From NCBI GenBank assembly GCA_964408285.1, contig CAYOYV010000009.1, positions 8,792 through 54,846 on the forward strand: a stretch of 46,055 nt of DNA. Reading direction: 5' to 3'. A program made the position numbers and the translations under genes. Shown in pieces: positions 16,606-26,090 of this stretch (position 1 is the first letter of the stretch; the number at the start of each line of letters is the position of its first letter). This DNA is from an uncultured Nitrososphaerota archaeon. GTDB lineage: Archaea; Thermoproteota; EX4484-205; JAAOZO01. The notes under the pieces were generated by a model that made no database searches, was not told the DNA's origin, and worked only from the letters and a program-made list of their open reading frames with translations.

Positions 16606-17496
16606 TTGGAGAAAAGCGCTTTCCAAGGATGGGGAGCCTATTTCAGACTGATGATGCTCTTCGCGCTGTTGAGCGGGGTAGTTGTAGGTCTTGGATATCT
16701 GGTAGGTGGGATTGAGACTGCAACGATGTTCCTCGGTGTTTCTCTGTTCATGAACTTGCTCGCGTACCTATTCAGCGATAAATTGGTCTTGATGTCGACA
16801 GGGGCCAAGGTTCTGTCCAAAGATGAATCCCCTAGGCTACAGGCCATAGTTTCTAGCATCGCCGCGAAAGCAGGGATGAAGGAACCAAGGATTGCCATCG
16901 TTAAATCTCAACAGCCAAATGCATTCGCAACTGGAAGGAATGCAGAGAATGCCGTCGTGGTAACAACCACAGGGTTGATGGACATGATGACAGACGAAGA
17001 GGTGGAGGCTGTGATTGGACATGAGATCAGCCATGTGATTCACAAGGACATGTTAGTAATGACGATTGCGGTGGCTATGGCAACGGCTGTATCGTATATC
17101 GCGAACATGGTTTTCTATTCGCTGTTCTGGGGCGGCTATTCAGGGAGAGATAGGAGGGAAGGAGGAAGCAATCTTGCTCTAATTGGAGCAGCCATCACAG
17201 CCCCATTGGCTGCGACCTTGATACAGCTCGCAATCTCAAGGGGGAGGGAGTACTATGCGGATGAGGGATCCGCCCTACTAACAAAGAAGCCTTCAAATCT
17301 GGTGTCTGCCCTGACAAAGATTGATGGCTTCATCAAGAGAGGAGCCAGAATCAACGCGCCGCCTTCGACTTCGTCGTTATGGATCATGAATCCGTTCTCC
17401 AGAATGGATCTTGTCGACATCTTCTCCACACATCCGAGCACTGCAAAAAGAATCGAGAGACTAAGGGAGATACAAAATAGTCTGGGAACTCCCTGA
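16606..17496 (+). CDS. htpX: Zn metalloprotease HtpX (M48)
   Basis: PNAFATGR, HEISH, SRGREYYAD and FSTHP motifs. TTG 16606 (upstream GTGGAG) preferred because ATG 16567 overlaps the TTTATA box. Confidence 0.93.
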   Translation: MEKSAFQGWGAYFRLMMLFALLSGVVVGLGYLVGGIETATMFLGVSLFMNLLAYLFSDKLVLMSTGAKVLSKDESPRLQAIVSSIAAKAGMKEPRIAIVKSQQPNAFATGRNAENAVVVTTTGLMDMMTDEEVEAVIGHEISHVIHKDMLVMTIAVAMATAVSYIANMVFYSLFWGGYSGRDRREGGSNLALIGAAITAPLAATLIQLAISRGREYYADEGSALLTKKPSNLVSALTKIDGFIKRGARINAPPSTSSLWIMNPFSRMDLVDIFSTHPSTAKRIERLREIQNSLGTP

Positions 17497-17615
17497 ACGA
17501 AGATCATTCCGCAGACTACAGGCGAGATGACCTCCTGTTTGCAGAGGCACGATAGTTCCCTGACCATGTTTCCGTGGGTTAAATTCTCGTTCTTCGCCTC
17601 AGGGAAGGTCCCAAA

Positions 17616-18299
17616 ATGGTAAAGGAAACGGGATTCAAGATTGACCTTCACGTTCATACAGAATACTCGGAGGACTCAGTCATAGACCCCAGGGATCTAG
17701 CAAGGCTCGCAAGAAACAAGGGACTCAGAGGCATCGCTATAACTGATCACGGCACAATGGAAGCATGCGGACAGCTGAGTAGTCTCGATGACGTTCTGAT
17801 CATAAGGGGCGTAGAGACTTATACGAACAAGGGCCACATGATTTCGCTCTTCGTTGAGGAACCTCCGAAGTCCAATGACCTGGATGAAGCCATCGATCAG
17901 ACAAGAGCGCAGGGAGGCCTAACGATCATGGCTCATCCATTCGGATTCCCTAGATTGGGCTACGTCCTCGGAACGACTGAGACAGACCGCTATGTCCCAC
18001 TGGCGAGGAGATTTGATGCAATTGAGGTCTGCAATTCTAGAGTAATACTCCCTGTGCAGAACGATTTGGCTAGAGAACTCGCGGCCAAGGCCAGAAGGCC
18101 AGCAACCGGAGGAAGCGATTGTCATCTTGGTCACGAACTGGGGAATTGCTACACCCTTTTTGAAGATGCCTCGTCGGAGGATGATGTCTATCGCCAACTC
18201 AAGAACGGGAATACGGCAGGATGTGGTGGCTTGAGTTCGCCCATGGGCCACGCCTTGAGCTTGCTGGCCAGGGTCCACAAAATCATTTCGGGGCAATAG
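17616..18299 (+). CDS. PHP-domain phosphoesterase
   Basis: DLHVHTEYSED, ITDH, AHPF, IEVCN and GGSDCH motifs. Confidence 0.9.
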   Translation: MVKETGFKIDLHVHTEYSEDSVIDPRDLARLARNKGLRGIAITDHGTMEACGQLSSLDDVLIIRGVETYTNKGHMISLFVEEPPKSNDLDEAIDQTRAQGGLTIMAHPFGFPRLGYVLGTTETDRYVPLARRFDAIEVCNSRVILPVQNDLARELAAKARRPATGGSDCHLGHELGNCYTLFEDASSEDDVYRQLKNGNTAGCGGLSSPMGHALSLLARVHKIISGQ

Positions 18300-18472
18300 A
18301 TACGACCATCGACAGAATCGTAGGAATCTGGCCGGAACTCTCCATTGATGCTACATCCGAGAATTAGGCGAGATGGACTATTGAAGCGATCTCGCACCGC
18401 AAGTCGACCTTCTGACTCGATCGGCGCCGATCTAGGAAAATGGATATTAGTCAAAACCAGTCACGTCCTGCA

Positions 18473-19456
18473 ATGCAAGAAAAAGACTATGACGTTGTGG
18501 TTGTGGGGGCAGGAATCGCTGGGCTGACTGCTGCACTTTTCGCATCGAGGCAAGGCCTACGGACCTTGGTGATAGGTAAGAATCTTGGAGGCCAGGCTTT
18601 GATGGCCCCTGTGGTAGGGAACTATCCGGGATTGCCTTCCGTAGAAGGATTAGCTCTCATCGAGAGGGTGAAAGATCAAGTGGAGAGCTTCGGGGCTATT
18701 ATTGTCTTCGATGAAGTCAAAGGCATTGATGCTGATCCCAGCCATTTCAACATCAGAACAATAAGGGATGTGTACACTTGCCCAGCGCTCATACTTGCCT
18801 CCGGCAAAACTCCTCGCGATATGCTATTGGCAGATGAGGAGAGATTCAAGGGGAGGGGGATCTCATACTGCACCATATGCGACGGGCCCCTCTTCAAGGG
18901 AAGAACGGTGGCTGTCTTCGGATCTGGACAAATGGGCTTGGAGTCGGTTGCCTATCTGTCCGAGCTGGCCAGCGAGGTCTTCTACGTGACAAGGGAGAGA
19001 AAGTTGATCGGTGATCAGGGACTGATAGACAGAATATCGCATTCAGGAGTGGTAGTGACCTTGACCCGTTCGGAGGTCGTTGGTCTCATTGGGGATTCGC
19101 GGCTGAGGTCGATCGATGTTAGGAATTTGGACGATGACTCTAGGAATAGGATCAATCTGGACGGCCTATTCGTGGAATTGGGGTATGTGACAAAGACCGA
19201 TCCATTCAGGAAGCTCGTCGAGATCAACGACAAGGGAGAGATCATTGTAGACAGGCTCTGCCATACGTCAACAGAAGGCGTCTTCGCGGCTGGCGATGTG
19301 ACCGATATGCCGCATAAGCAAATGGTGATAGCCGCAGGCCTAGGCGCTATCTGCGGATTGGAGGCGGTGGACTTCATGCTAAGAAAAGAGGGGAAGCCTC
19401 CAATCGGGATGGACTGGAAGAAGCTAGAGGGTCACTCGCCAAGTTTGTCCCCCTGA
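18473..19456 (+). CDS. trxB: Thioredoxin reductase-like FAD oxidoreductase
   Basis: VVGAGIAG, NYPG, redox-active SYCTICDG and TEGVFAAGD motifs; ATG 18473 (MQEKDYDV) preferred. Confidence 0.88.
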   Translation: MQEKDYDVVVVGAGIAGLTAALFASRQGLRTLVIGKNLGGQALMAPVVGNYPGLPSVEGLALIERVKDQVESFGAIIVFDEVKGIDADPSHFNIRTIRDVYTCPALILASGKTPRDMLLADEERFKGRGISYCTICDGPLFKGRTVAVFGSGQMGLESVAYLSELASEVFYVTRERKLIGDQGLIDRISHSGVVVTLTRSEVVGLIGDSRLRSIDVRNLDDDSRNRINLDGLFVELGYVTKTDPFRKLVEINDKGEIIVDRLCHTSTEGVFAAGDVTDMPHKQMVIAAGLGAICGLEAVDFMLRKEGKPPIGMDWKKLEGHSPSLSP

Positions 19457-19537
19457 TTGCGTCAATCGAAGTTGATGCTTTCAAGGATCTTCGTTTCACT
19501 TGGGCGCATCGCGGTTTGGCCTGGGCTCTTGATCTTA

Positions 19538-20269
19538 CTACTTTGTCCCGAACAAATAACCATACAGAACGAAGGGTCGAAGCCTTAGTATGCTGTGAAG
19601 AAGAACTCGCCAAAAGGGGGATTTCAGTTCCCGCCTGGCCATGCCCGCCCTTATCTGGCCATTTATTGCTCTTCCGATGGTCATCCTTCTTGTGTGCAAG
19701 GCTATTGCATCACTCAAATATCTCCTTTTACCCTTTAGTCTGAGATCGACCTCTGTGTCGGGTGCCATGACATCCCTGAATCCTGCCTCCTTCAATTCCC
19801 TAGTTCTATATATCCTAGCTCCTCCTCTTGGTTCCCTGCCGAGGTTGATTATGTCATAACTTCTTTCCCAGATGCTGTAAATGCGATTGAAGATGCCAGA
19901 AGCCTCCGTGAGGATTCTACCGGAAACGGAATCAACTCTGGGATCTCGAAACGAGGGCAACAGCTTCGTGAAGTAATCTGGCTCCAAGGCAATATCGGCG
20001 TCCACCACCGCCGTGAACTCCCCACTGGCTCTTTCTAGTCCCATCTGAAGGTTCTCTGCATAACTATTCCTCCACCTGCTCTCCTTCTTCTCTATCACTA
20101 ATACCGGGAAATCGCGCGCCAATTGAGCAGAGTCATCAGAACATCTGTCGCATATCACAATCACATCTGGCTCAGCCTGCGCCTTCTCCAAGGTCAGGAA
20201 TATTGAACTGAGGCACCTGCCGAGATATGGAGCTTCGTTGTGAACGCAGACTATGATGCTTATTCTCAG
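19538..20269 (-). CDS. Glycosyltransferase family 2, probable CTG start
   Basis: RISIIVCVHNEA, ICDRCSDDS and VDAD motifs. The GT2 first strand begins at CTG 20269, which has GGGTGG 6 nt upstream; TTG 20299 sits only about 5 nt from the ATTAAAA box. Confidence 0.85.
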   Translation of the reverse strand: MRISIIVCVHNEAPYLGRCLSSIFLTLEKAQAEPDVIVICDRCSDDSAQLARDFPVLVIEKKESRWRNSYAENLQMGLERASGEFTAVVDADIALEPDYFTKLLPSFRDPRVDSVSGRILTEASGIFNRIYSIWERSYDIINLGREPRGGARIYRTRELKEAGFRDVMAPDTEVDLRLKGKRRYLSDAIALHTRRMTIGRAINGQIRAGMARRELKSPFWRVLLHSILRLRPFVLYGYLFGTK

Positions 20270-20481
20270 GCAGAGCCACCCTTGACGCAGTTTCTTCAAG
20301 ATCTTTTAATGTTTATCGCCTCCCATTCGCATCTGGCCAAGGGTAAGGACCAATGGCTGGATAGGGAGGACGGCATGATGAGGGGGAATTGGAACAACCA
20401 CGCGTGTGCGACGCCAACGGACGAGCAGAAAAATGGTGAATGGGGCGAATACAGTCGTCCTCGACAGCAGTGGAATTCCGT

Positions 20482-21075
20482 TCAGTAAGAGAGGTCTGCC
20501 AGCATGATACTCCTCGCCCCTTTTCTGGACATTTCGTCAATGGCGTCATCACTATCCCCAGGATGAACATCCACGCCCATCGAGGCATCCGAGAGAAAAT
20601 ACACCTCGAATCCTTCCGCTATGGCATCCACTATGGTGCTCTTTACACAATAGTCTGTTGCCAGTCCCCCTACGAATAGCCTTGATATCCCTCGTCCCTT
20701 TAGAACCTCCGAAAGCTGAGTGCCGTGGAACCCGGAGTAGGAGTCTGTCATCGGGTCAGTGCCTTTGCCGATAGAGATGATGGTAGCATGATCCGGGATT
20801 TCGAGGTCTGCATGTAATTGAGCCCCCACGGTGTCCTGGACGCAATGGCGTGGCCATGGACCTCCATTCTCTTTGAAGGACACGTGATTAGGGGGATGCC
20901 AGTCTCTCGTGAATACGATCGGTCTTCCCCTTTTCTCGAAAATCCCGATGTAGCGATTGAGTGGTCCTATTACCTTGTCGCCACCTTTGACGGGCAAAGC
21001 CCCACTTGGCATGAAATCGTTCTGGACATCAACGACTACAAGAGCGCTCTTGTCGTCAACCTCGACTCCAGACAT
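20482..21075 (-). CDS. pncA: Nicotinamidase/pyrazinamidase
   Basis: VDVQNDF, DWHPPNH, WPRHCV, KG, YSGF and GLATDYCV motifs. Confidence 0.93.
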   Translation of the reverse strand: MSGVEVDDKSALVVVDVQNDFMPSGALPVKGGDKVIGPLNRYIGIFEKRGRPIVFTRDWHPPNHVSFKENGGPWPRHCVQDTVGAQLHADLEIPDHATIISIGKGTDPMTDSYSGFHGTQLSEVLKGRGISRLFVGGLATDYCVKSTIVDAIAEGFEVYFLSDASMGVDVHPGDSDDAIDEMSRKGARSIMLADLSY

Positions 21076-21174
21076 ATAGAGGGCGATTTCTTCATCCTGA
21101 CGATAAAAACTGATTGGTGGTGTGTATCCCTCGCCACCGCTATTCCCGGATAGACATAATAATGGAAAGCGCGC

Positions 21175-22344
21175 TTGAGCATGGTATTGACAGATATTCT
21201 CATAGGAACATCGGGGTGGAGCTATAAGGAGTGGGTTGGGCCATTCTACTCCGACAAGAAGAATTGGTTCTCGCGATACTCGGAGATATTCAATACTGTT
21301 GAAATAAACTCGACATTCTACGCGTACCCCTCGGAAAATCTCATAAAGGGACTGGCCAAGTCATCACCGAGTAATTTCGTATTCTCAGCCAAGGTTCCGC
21401 AACTCATAACTCATAAGAAAATGCTCGATTTGTCACAAGGGGTCGAAGCAGATCTCAAGAGATTCTTGCGCATAATGGGGCCTCTCCAAGACAGAGAAAA
21501 GCTGGGGCCCTTGTTGATCCAGTTGCCACCGAGATCCAAAGAATTGTTTTCCACTTTCGAAGGATTTCTTGAGACTCTGCCAGTTGATGTTTTCAAATTC
21601 GTCGTTGAGTTCAGGGACAAAAGCTGGATGGAATCTGAATCTTGGAAGGTACTGAAGGACCATGATATTGCTTATTGCATAGTAGATGAGCCATTGCTTC
21701 CCCCAACTATCATAACTACGAGCGATGTGGCCTATTTGAGGTGGCACGGCAAAGGTACCAGTCCTTGGTACTATTACGACTACAAGCAACCGGAGTTGAG
21801 TCAGTGGTCAAAGAAGGTGTTGGACCTGAAGGGACAGGTCAAGGAGATTTTCGGATATTTCAACAATCACTTCAGGGCCTACGCACCCAAGAACGCCCTT
21901 CAGATGCTCGACATGATGTCGCTTGCCAATCAGAAACAGAAGGAAGAGCTGGAGAAGATAACCTCCTATTTCGAAGTTGGGGCGGTGGAGGAGACAAAGA
22001 GAGTTGCACAAAAGGCAATCTTGAAGGGGGATCTGAACGAATTGCTCAAGACTTTCCTGGACAAGAATAGGATGCAGAAAGCGATCGAAATGGACGAGGA
22101 GCCTAGTTTCACCGCCTCATCTTCCAATCTTGTCGAGGGAAAGATCAAGGGGTATGACTTTAGCATTGACGTAAAGAACAGGACACTGACCCACAACTGC
22201 GAGGATTGGTTGAAGAGATATGGAACAAAGCAATTCTGCAAGCATCTCGGAAGAGTCTTTCTGAGCTTGCCATTTGCAACGTCACTGGAGATACTGAAGG
22301 ACATAGTAGGGCATCTTGATGACTGGTCATTCGGACCTTCCTGA
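21175..22344 (+). CDS. DUF72 (YecE) TIM-barrel protein fused to a C-terminal SWIM-like Zn finger
   Basis: IGTSGWSY, VEINSTFY, FSAKVP, VEFR, YLRWHG and YFNNH motifs; extra C-terminal domain with HNC-x12-CKH. Confidence 0.88.
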   Translation: MSMVLTDILIGTSGWSYKEWVGPFYSDKKNWFSRYSEIFNTVEINSTFYAYPSENLIKGLAKSSPSNFVFSAKVPQLITHKKMLDLSQGVEADLKRFLRIMGPLQDREKLGPLLIQLPPRSKELFSTFEGFLETLPVDVFKFVVEFRDKSWMESESWKVLKDHDIAYCIVDEPLLPPTIITTSDVAYLRWHGKGTSPWYYYDYKQPELSQWSKKVLDLKGQVKEIFGYFNNHFRAYAPKNALQMLDMMSLANQKQKEELEKITSYFEVGAVEETKRVAQKAILKGDLNELLKTFLDKNRMQKAIEMDEEPSFTASSSNLVEGKIKGYDFSIDVKNRTLTHNCEDWLKRYGTKQFCKHLGRVFLSLPFATSLEILKDIVGHLDDWSFGPS

Positions 22345-22363
22345 ATCCCGCCGCAGGATTAGC

Positions 22364-23998
22364 CTAGTGCCATTCCTCGGGGATCGATCCTTTGTGTAGG
22401 AACTGACCCTGGAACAGCTGTCTGACCTTCTCTATGGTGTCCGCATCTGTCGATCCCTTGTCATCCCTTATCCTTGTTATCCTCGCGAATCTCAAGGCGA
22501 AACCGGATTCGTACCGGGGACTTCTCTGAATCTCCGAGTACGCGACCTCCACAACTATCTGGGGTCTAACCCATACAACATGTTCTGCCTGAGATGTTTT
22601 TGCCTTTAGCAATCTTGATGTCATCTCTTTGAATTCTTGATCGGTCAGCCCCTTGAAAGTCTTCCCGATTATCCGGAATCTCCCTTGGTTAGGATCGTAT
22701 GCTGCGAGATAGTAATCGCTTAGCCATCCGGTCCTCCTTCCATATCCCCATTCCGCTCCGACTATCACGAGGTCAAGGTAGTAGGCGCTCTTGATCTTGA
22801 ACCACTTCTTGCCTCGGACTCCCGGAGAGTATGTGCTTTCAAGGGCTTTGGCCATCAGGCCCTCATGCCCCTCTCTTACTGCTTGGATCATGAAAGCGTT
22901 GGCTTCCCGAACGGAAGAAGTAACGATCCTCGGAGCGCTTCCCAGGGAACCCTTGGATTTCGCCAATCTTTTCCACCTTTCAGAATAGGTTAGGTCGATG
23001 AGGCAAGCGTCGTTGAGGTATAGAATATCAAAGACATAAAGCTTTAATGGAATTTTGGTTCTGAGCCGCTCAACCTCCTTCTTCCTCTTGAACCTTCGCA
23101 TGAGTTCTTGGAACGGCAAGGGCTTGCCAATTTTGTCTAGAGCTATGACCTCTCCGTCTAGGATAATCGTTTCCGCGTTCACTTCCTTTCGCACGAGTTC
23201 GGCCAATTCACCTAGACTATCTGTCACCTCTGTGAGCCTCCTCGTGAAAATCCTCACATGTTTACCTTTCTTGTGGATCTGCACTCTGGCACCATCGAAT
23301 TTGTACTCAAAGGAGACATCCCCCTGCAGCTCACGGAGTACTTCCTCAACGCTATAGGAGATCTCGGCAAGCATCGGCTTCACCGGTTTGAACAAGGATA
23401 TTGCCACTTGCCGTATATACTTCGGCCCCTTATTGACTGCTATCTCAGCAACTTCTCCCAGATTGCCGAGAAACATTGAGGCTCTTCTTACTTCATCAAC
23501 GCTCGCGCCTGATGCCTCCGAAATGGCTTCTACCATCAGCCCTTCGACCACGCCGATCTGCATTTCGCCAAAGATGTTCTTCACGATGTACTTCGATTCC
23601 AGAGGGCTCGCGCTTCCCAGCAGGGAGGAAAGAAGCCTCTCCTTCGTTTCTCTTGATCCCCTGCCGGTTGCTTTCGCAATTCGCTCGAAGTAGTCTCTAG
23701 CCTGGAGTATTGTCAGGGGCTTCTTGAACAACGTAGTCTGAACAGGTCGTCTCTCCAATCGAGAAAGGGAAGCATAGCTCACCTCAAGAGGCTTCTTTTC
23801 TGATTCTGGGAATATATATCCCGTTATGAGAAGCACAGCTGGCGCGACCTCTGGCAGAGCCAAGCTCTTGAGAAATTCGGATATCATTCTTACCTTCTCC
23901 TTTCTCCTTGTGGTCTTGCTGAGACGTTCGCACAGATTAGCCAGTGCAGCAAACGTCGTCTCTGACCTGCCTCTTGTGCTATCTTGCATCCCCGACAA
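22364..23998 (-). CDS. lig: ATP-dependent DNA ligase
   Basis: Motif I EYKFDGAR, ILDGE, FDILY, EGLMAK, WFKIK, DLVIVG and ALRFAR; N-terminal DNA-binding domain. Confidence 0.96.
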   Translation of the reverse strand: MSGMQDSTRGRSETTFAALANLCERLSKTTRRKEKVRMISEFLKSLALPEVAPAVLLITGYIFPESEKKPLEVSYASLSRLERRPVQTTLFKKPLTILQARDYFERIAKATGRGSRETKERLLSSLLGSASPLESKYIVKNIFGEMQIGVVEGLMVEAISEASGASVDEVRRASMFLGNLGEVAEIAVNKGPKYIRQVAISLFKPVKPMLAEISYSVEEVLRELQGDVSFEYKFDGARVQIHKKGKHVRIFTRRLTEVTDSLGELAELVRKEVNAETIILDGEVIALDKIGKPLPFQELMRRFKRKKEVERLRTKIPLKLYVFDILYLNDACLIDLTYSERWKRLAKSKGSLGSAPRIVTSSVREANAFMIQAVREGHEGLMAKALESTYSPGVRGKKWFKIKSAYYLDLVIVGAEWGYGRRTGWLSDYYLAAYDPNQGRFRIIGKTFKGLTDQEFKEMTSRLLKAKTSQAEHVVWVRPQIVVEVAYSEIQRSPRYESGFALRFARITRIRDDKGSTDADTIEKVRQLFQGQFLHKGSIPEEWH

Positions 23999-24103
23999 GA
24001 TCCTAGCTGGATGATGATATTGCTAGCTGAAATAAAAGCATGCGTGGAAGGGCAATGAGGGCCTTTAGAAATGCCGTGATTCCAAACCATGATGCGCGTG
24101 AAG

Positions 24104-26059
24104 CTATTGAGCACTAATTCTCCTTCGTGCAACAAAAGCGCCGACGATCAAGACTAGAACAACCAGAACTCCTATGCCAATCAATTCGAATGGAATGGAT
24201 GGCTGTTGGACAGGCTGTGATTGTTTTGCGATATTCATTGCCGCCTTTCCAGTATTGCCGGCGAAATCGGAGATTCCAGCCCTTATCGTGACATTTGCGC
24301 CTGCGTCAACCTGCTGTTTGGAGACAGGGATCCACGCAGCCAGAGTGACCGAACCGTCTTTGTAAGATACTATATCTGTCAGCGAAGCCGGCCTCCAATT
24401 CCTACCATCAGTTGTGAACTCAATCTCCATCCTTGCCACGCCCCATCCAGAGTCTGAAGCATCCAAAGATACGACTATCCAATTGCTCTGATTCAAGTAG
24501 CTTGCCCTGAAAGCTCCGACGGGGGGTGCGCTATCCTGCTCTGAGGCAAAAGTCAATGAGACCGAGGAATTTCGGGCCAAATAAACTCCTTTGGGGAGGA
24601 CGAAGTAATTCCTCTGCGTCTCGACTATCTCGTAGGTATCAGGTGGAGCGGGATACCATCTGTATGAGCTCAATGGTCGATCCTTCGGAAGCTTCAGGAC
24701 GATTGATATGTTCTTGAAATCCTGCCTCAGTTCGTTGATGGCCTTGAAGGAAACTGCGTGGTGTTCGCCGTCGTTGTAGGAGAAGTAGTATTGAAGGAAA
24801 CCGATTTTGTATGGATATGTGCCCTGTCCAAGCTCTATGGGGATTGAACTGGGATCAGAAAGGAAGCTGGTTCCTTCGTAGAATGTCATCCTTTCGTTCA
24901 ATGAGCCATTCGCATAGAACTCGAGAAGCTTGTACCCCTTGCTTACACTTCTCGATCCTCCTATTGTTCCCAGAGTGATGAAATAGTGCTTCTTGCCGTT
25001 TGGATCAATCAGTATCGTATTCAGATCGGTGTGAATGTGCCCAGAAATGATCGTCCTTACGTCCTGATCTATGATGAGGCTGAGCAATTGCTTCACTTCT
25101 TCCTTATGTGTCCGATAACTCGTGTAGATGTACTCACTGCCGATCAGCGTATCAAGATCAGCCATGGATTTGAGTCTGAGGATTCCATCACTCAGGTCTC
25201 TCGCGGCATTCCCGAATATCGGGTGGTGGAATATCAGTGCCTTGAACCCGCTTCGACTTCCCTTGAAAACGTTCTCCGCCCAGTGTATGTGATCAGATCT
25301 CACCCATCCATCGCTATCAGTGGGCAATACCACGAACAGGAAATCCCCTATTCTTATGGAGTAGTTCAACCATCCAATAATCTGACTATATGTGACTGCT
25401 GAGCCAACCCCTTCATAGTCATGGTTGCCAGCAGCTCCATATACTGGTATCTTCGAGGTGAGCAGGGAGCCCAGAAGCAGCTTCCAGCCATTCGCGATGG
25501 TGGGGGAATCCACTAGATCTCCTGCCATGATGGCTACGTCTGGACCTATTAGATTCATTTCCCTGAAGGTCTCATAGAAATATTGCGCCCCTAATGGAGA
25601 ATGCAGATCGCTGAAGGCAAACAACCTTAGGGTTTGGGGCGGAACGTTCAAAACCCAAATGCTATTCGGTTCGAAAATGCCCACAGCTTTTCCCCCCGCG
25701 GTAAAATTGATAGTGAGAGAATACAATCCATTTCTGATGGGAGTCGGCACTAGGAATGACAAGTTCCAAACACCGTTCGATCCTCTAGCCGAACTAGCCA
25801 ATGTCAGATCGCAGGAAACGAATTCATTCGAGATCATGGCCTCCCAATTCGAGGCATCAGGTCCAGATCTTACGAGAACGTATGGAGCCGCGCTTCCGAT
25901 GAGAACCTCAGGAATCATTGGCAACGGATAGATCACCGTGTCTGCGTAATAGACCACTTCGGCAGATGGCGGTTCAGCAATTGCCATGAATTGGTGTGGG
26001 ACTAAGCTTCCGAGCAGCAACCCTATCAGGATCGCAGAGGGGAATTCCCTGTGGCTCAT
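24104..26059 (-). CDS. Secreted, C-terminally anchored calcineurin-like metallophosphoesterase
   Basis: Signal-like N-terminus; FSDLH, AGDLVD, GNHD, FHHP and SGHIH motifs; Ig-like flanks; C-terminal TM plus RRR; many NxS/T sequons. Start is ATG 26059 (TTATAA upstream) or 26116. Confidence 0.85.
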   Translation of the reverse strand: MSHREFPSAILIGLLLGSLVPHQFMAIAEPPSAEVVYYADTVIYPLPMIPEVLIGSAAPYVLVRSGPDASNWEAMISNEFVSCDLTLASSARGSNGVWNLSFLVPTPIRNGLYSLTINFTAGGKAVGIFEPNSIWVLNVPPQTLRLFAFSDLHSPLGAQYFYETFREMNLIGPDVAIMAGDLVDSPTIANGWKLLLGSLLTSKIPVYGAAGNHDYEGVGSAVTYSQIIGWLNYSIRIGDFLFVVLPTDSDGWVRSDHIHWAENVFKGSRSGFKALIFHHPIFGNAARDLSDGILRLKSMADLDTLIGSEYIYTSYRTHKEEVKQLLSLIIDQDVRTIISGHIHTDLNTILIDPNGKKHYFITLGTIGGSRSVSKGYKLLEFYANGSLNERMTFYEGTSFLSDPSSIPIELGQGTYPYKIGFLQYYFSYNDGEHHAVSFKAINELRQDFKNISIVLKLPKDRPLSSYRWYPAPPDTYEIVETQRNYFVLPKGVYLARNSSVSLTFASEQDSAPPVGAFRASYLNQSNWIVVSLDASDSGWGVARMEIEFTTDGRNWRPASLTDIVSYKDGSVTLAAWIPVSKQQVDAGANVTIRAGISDFAGNTGKAAMNIAKQSQPVQQPSIPFELIGIGVLVVLVLIVGAFVARRRISAQ

Positions 26060-26090
26060 TGTGCTTCCGATTCCAAAATACCTTATAACC

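Noticed and set aside
15064-21075. ADP-ribosylglycohydrolase plus nicotinamidase as an NAD/ADP-ribosylation defence system
   Set aside because: They are separated by four unrelated genes, and no ADP-ribosyltransferase, sirtuin or toxin is present.
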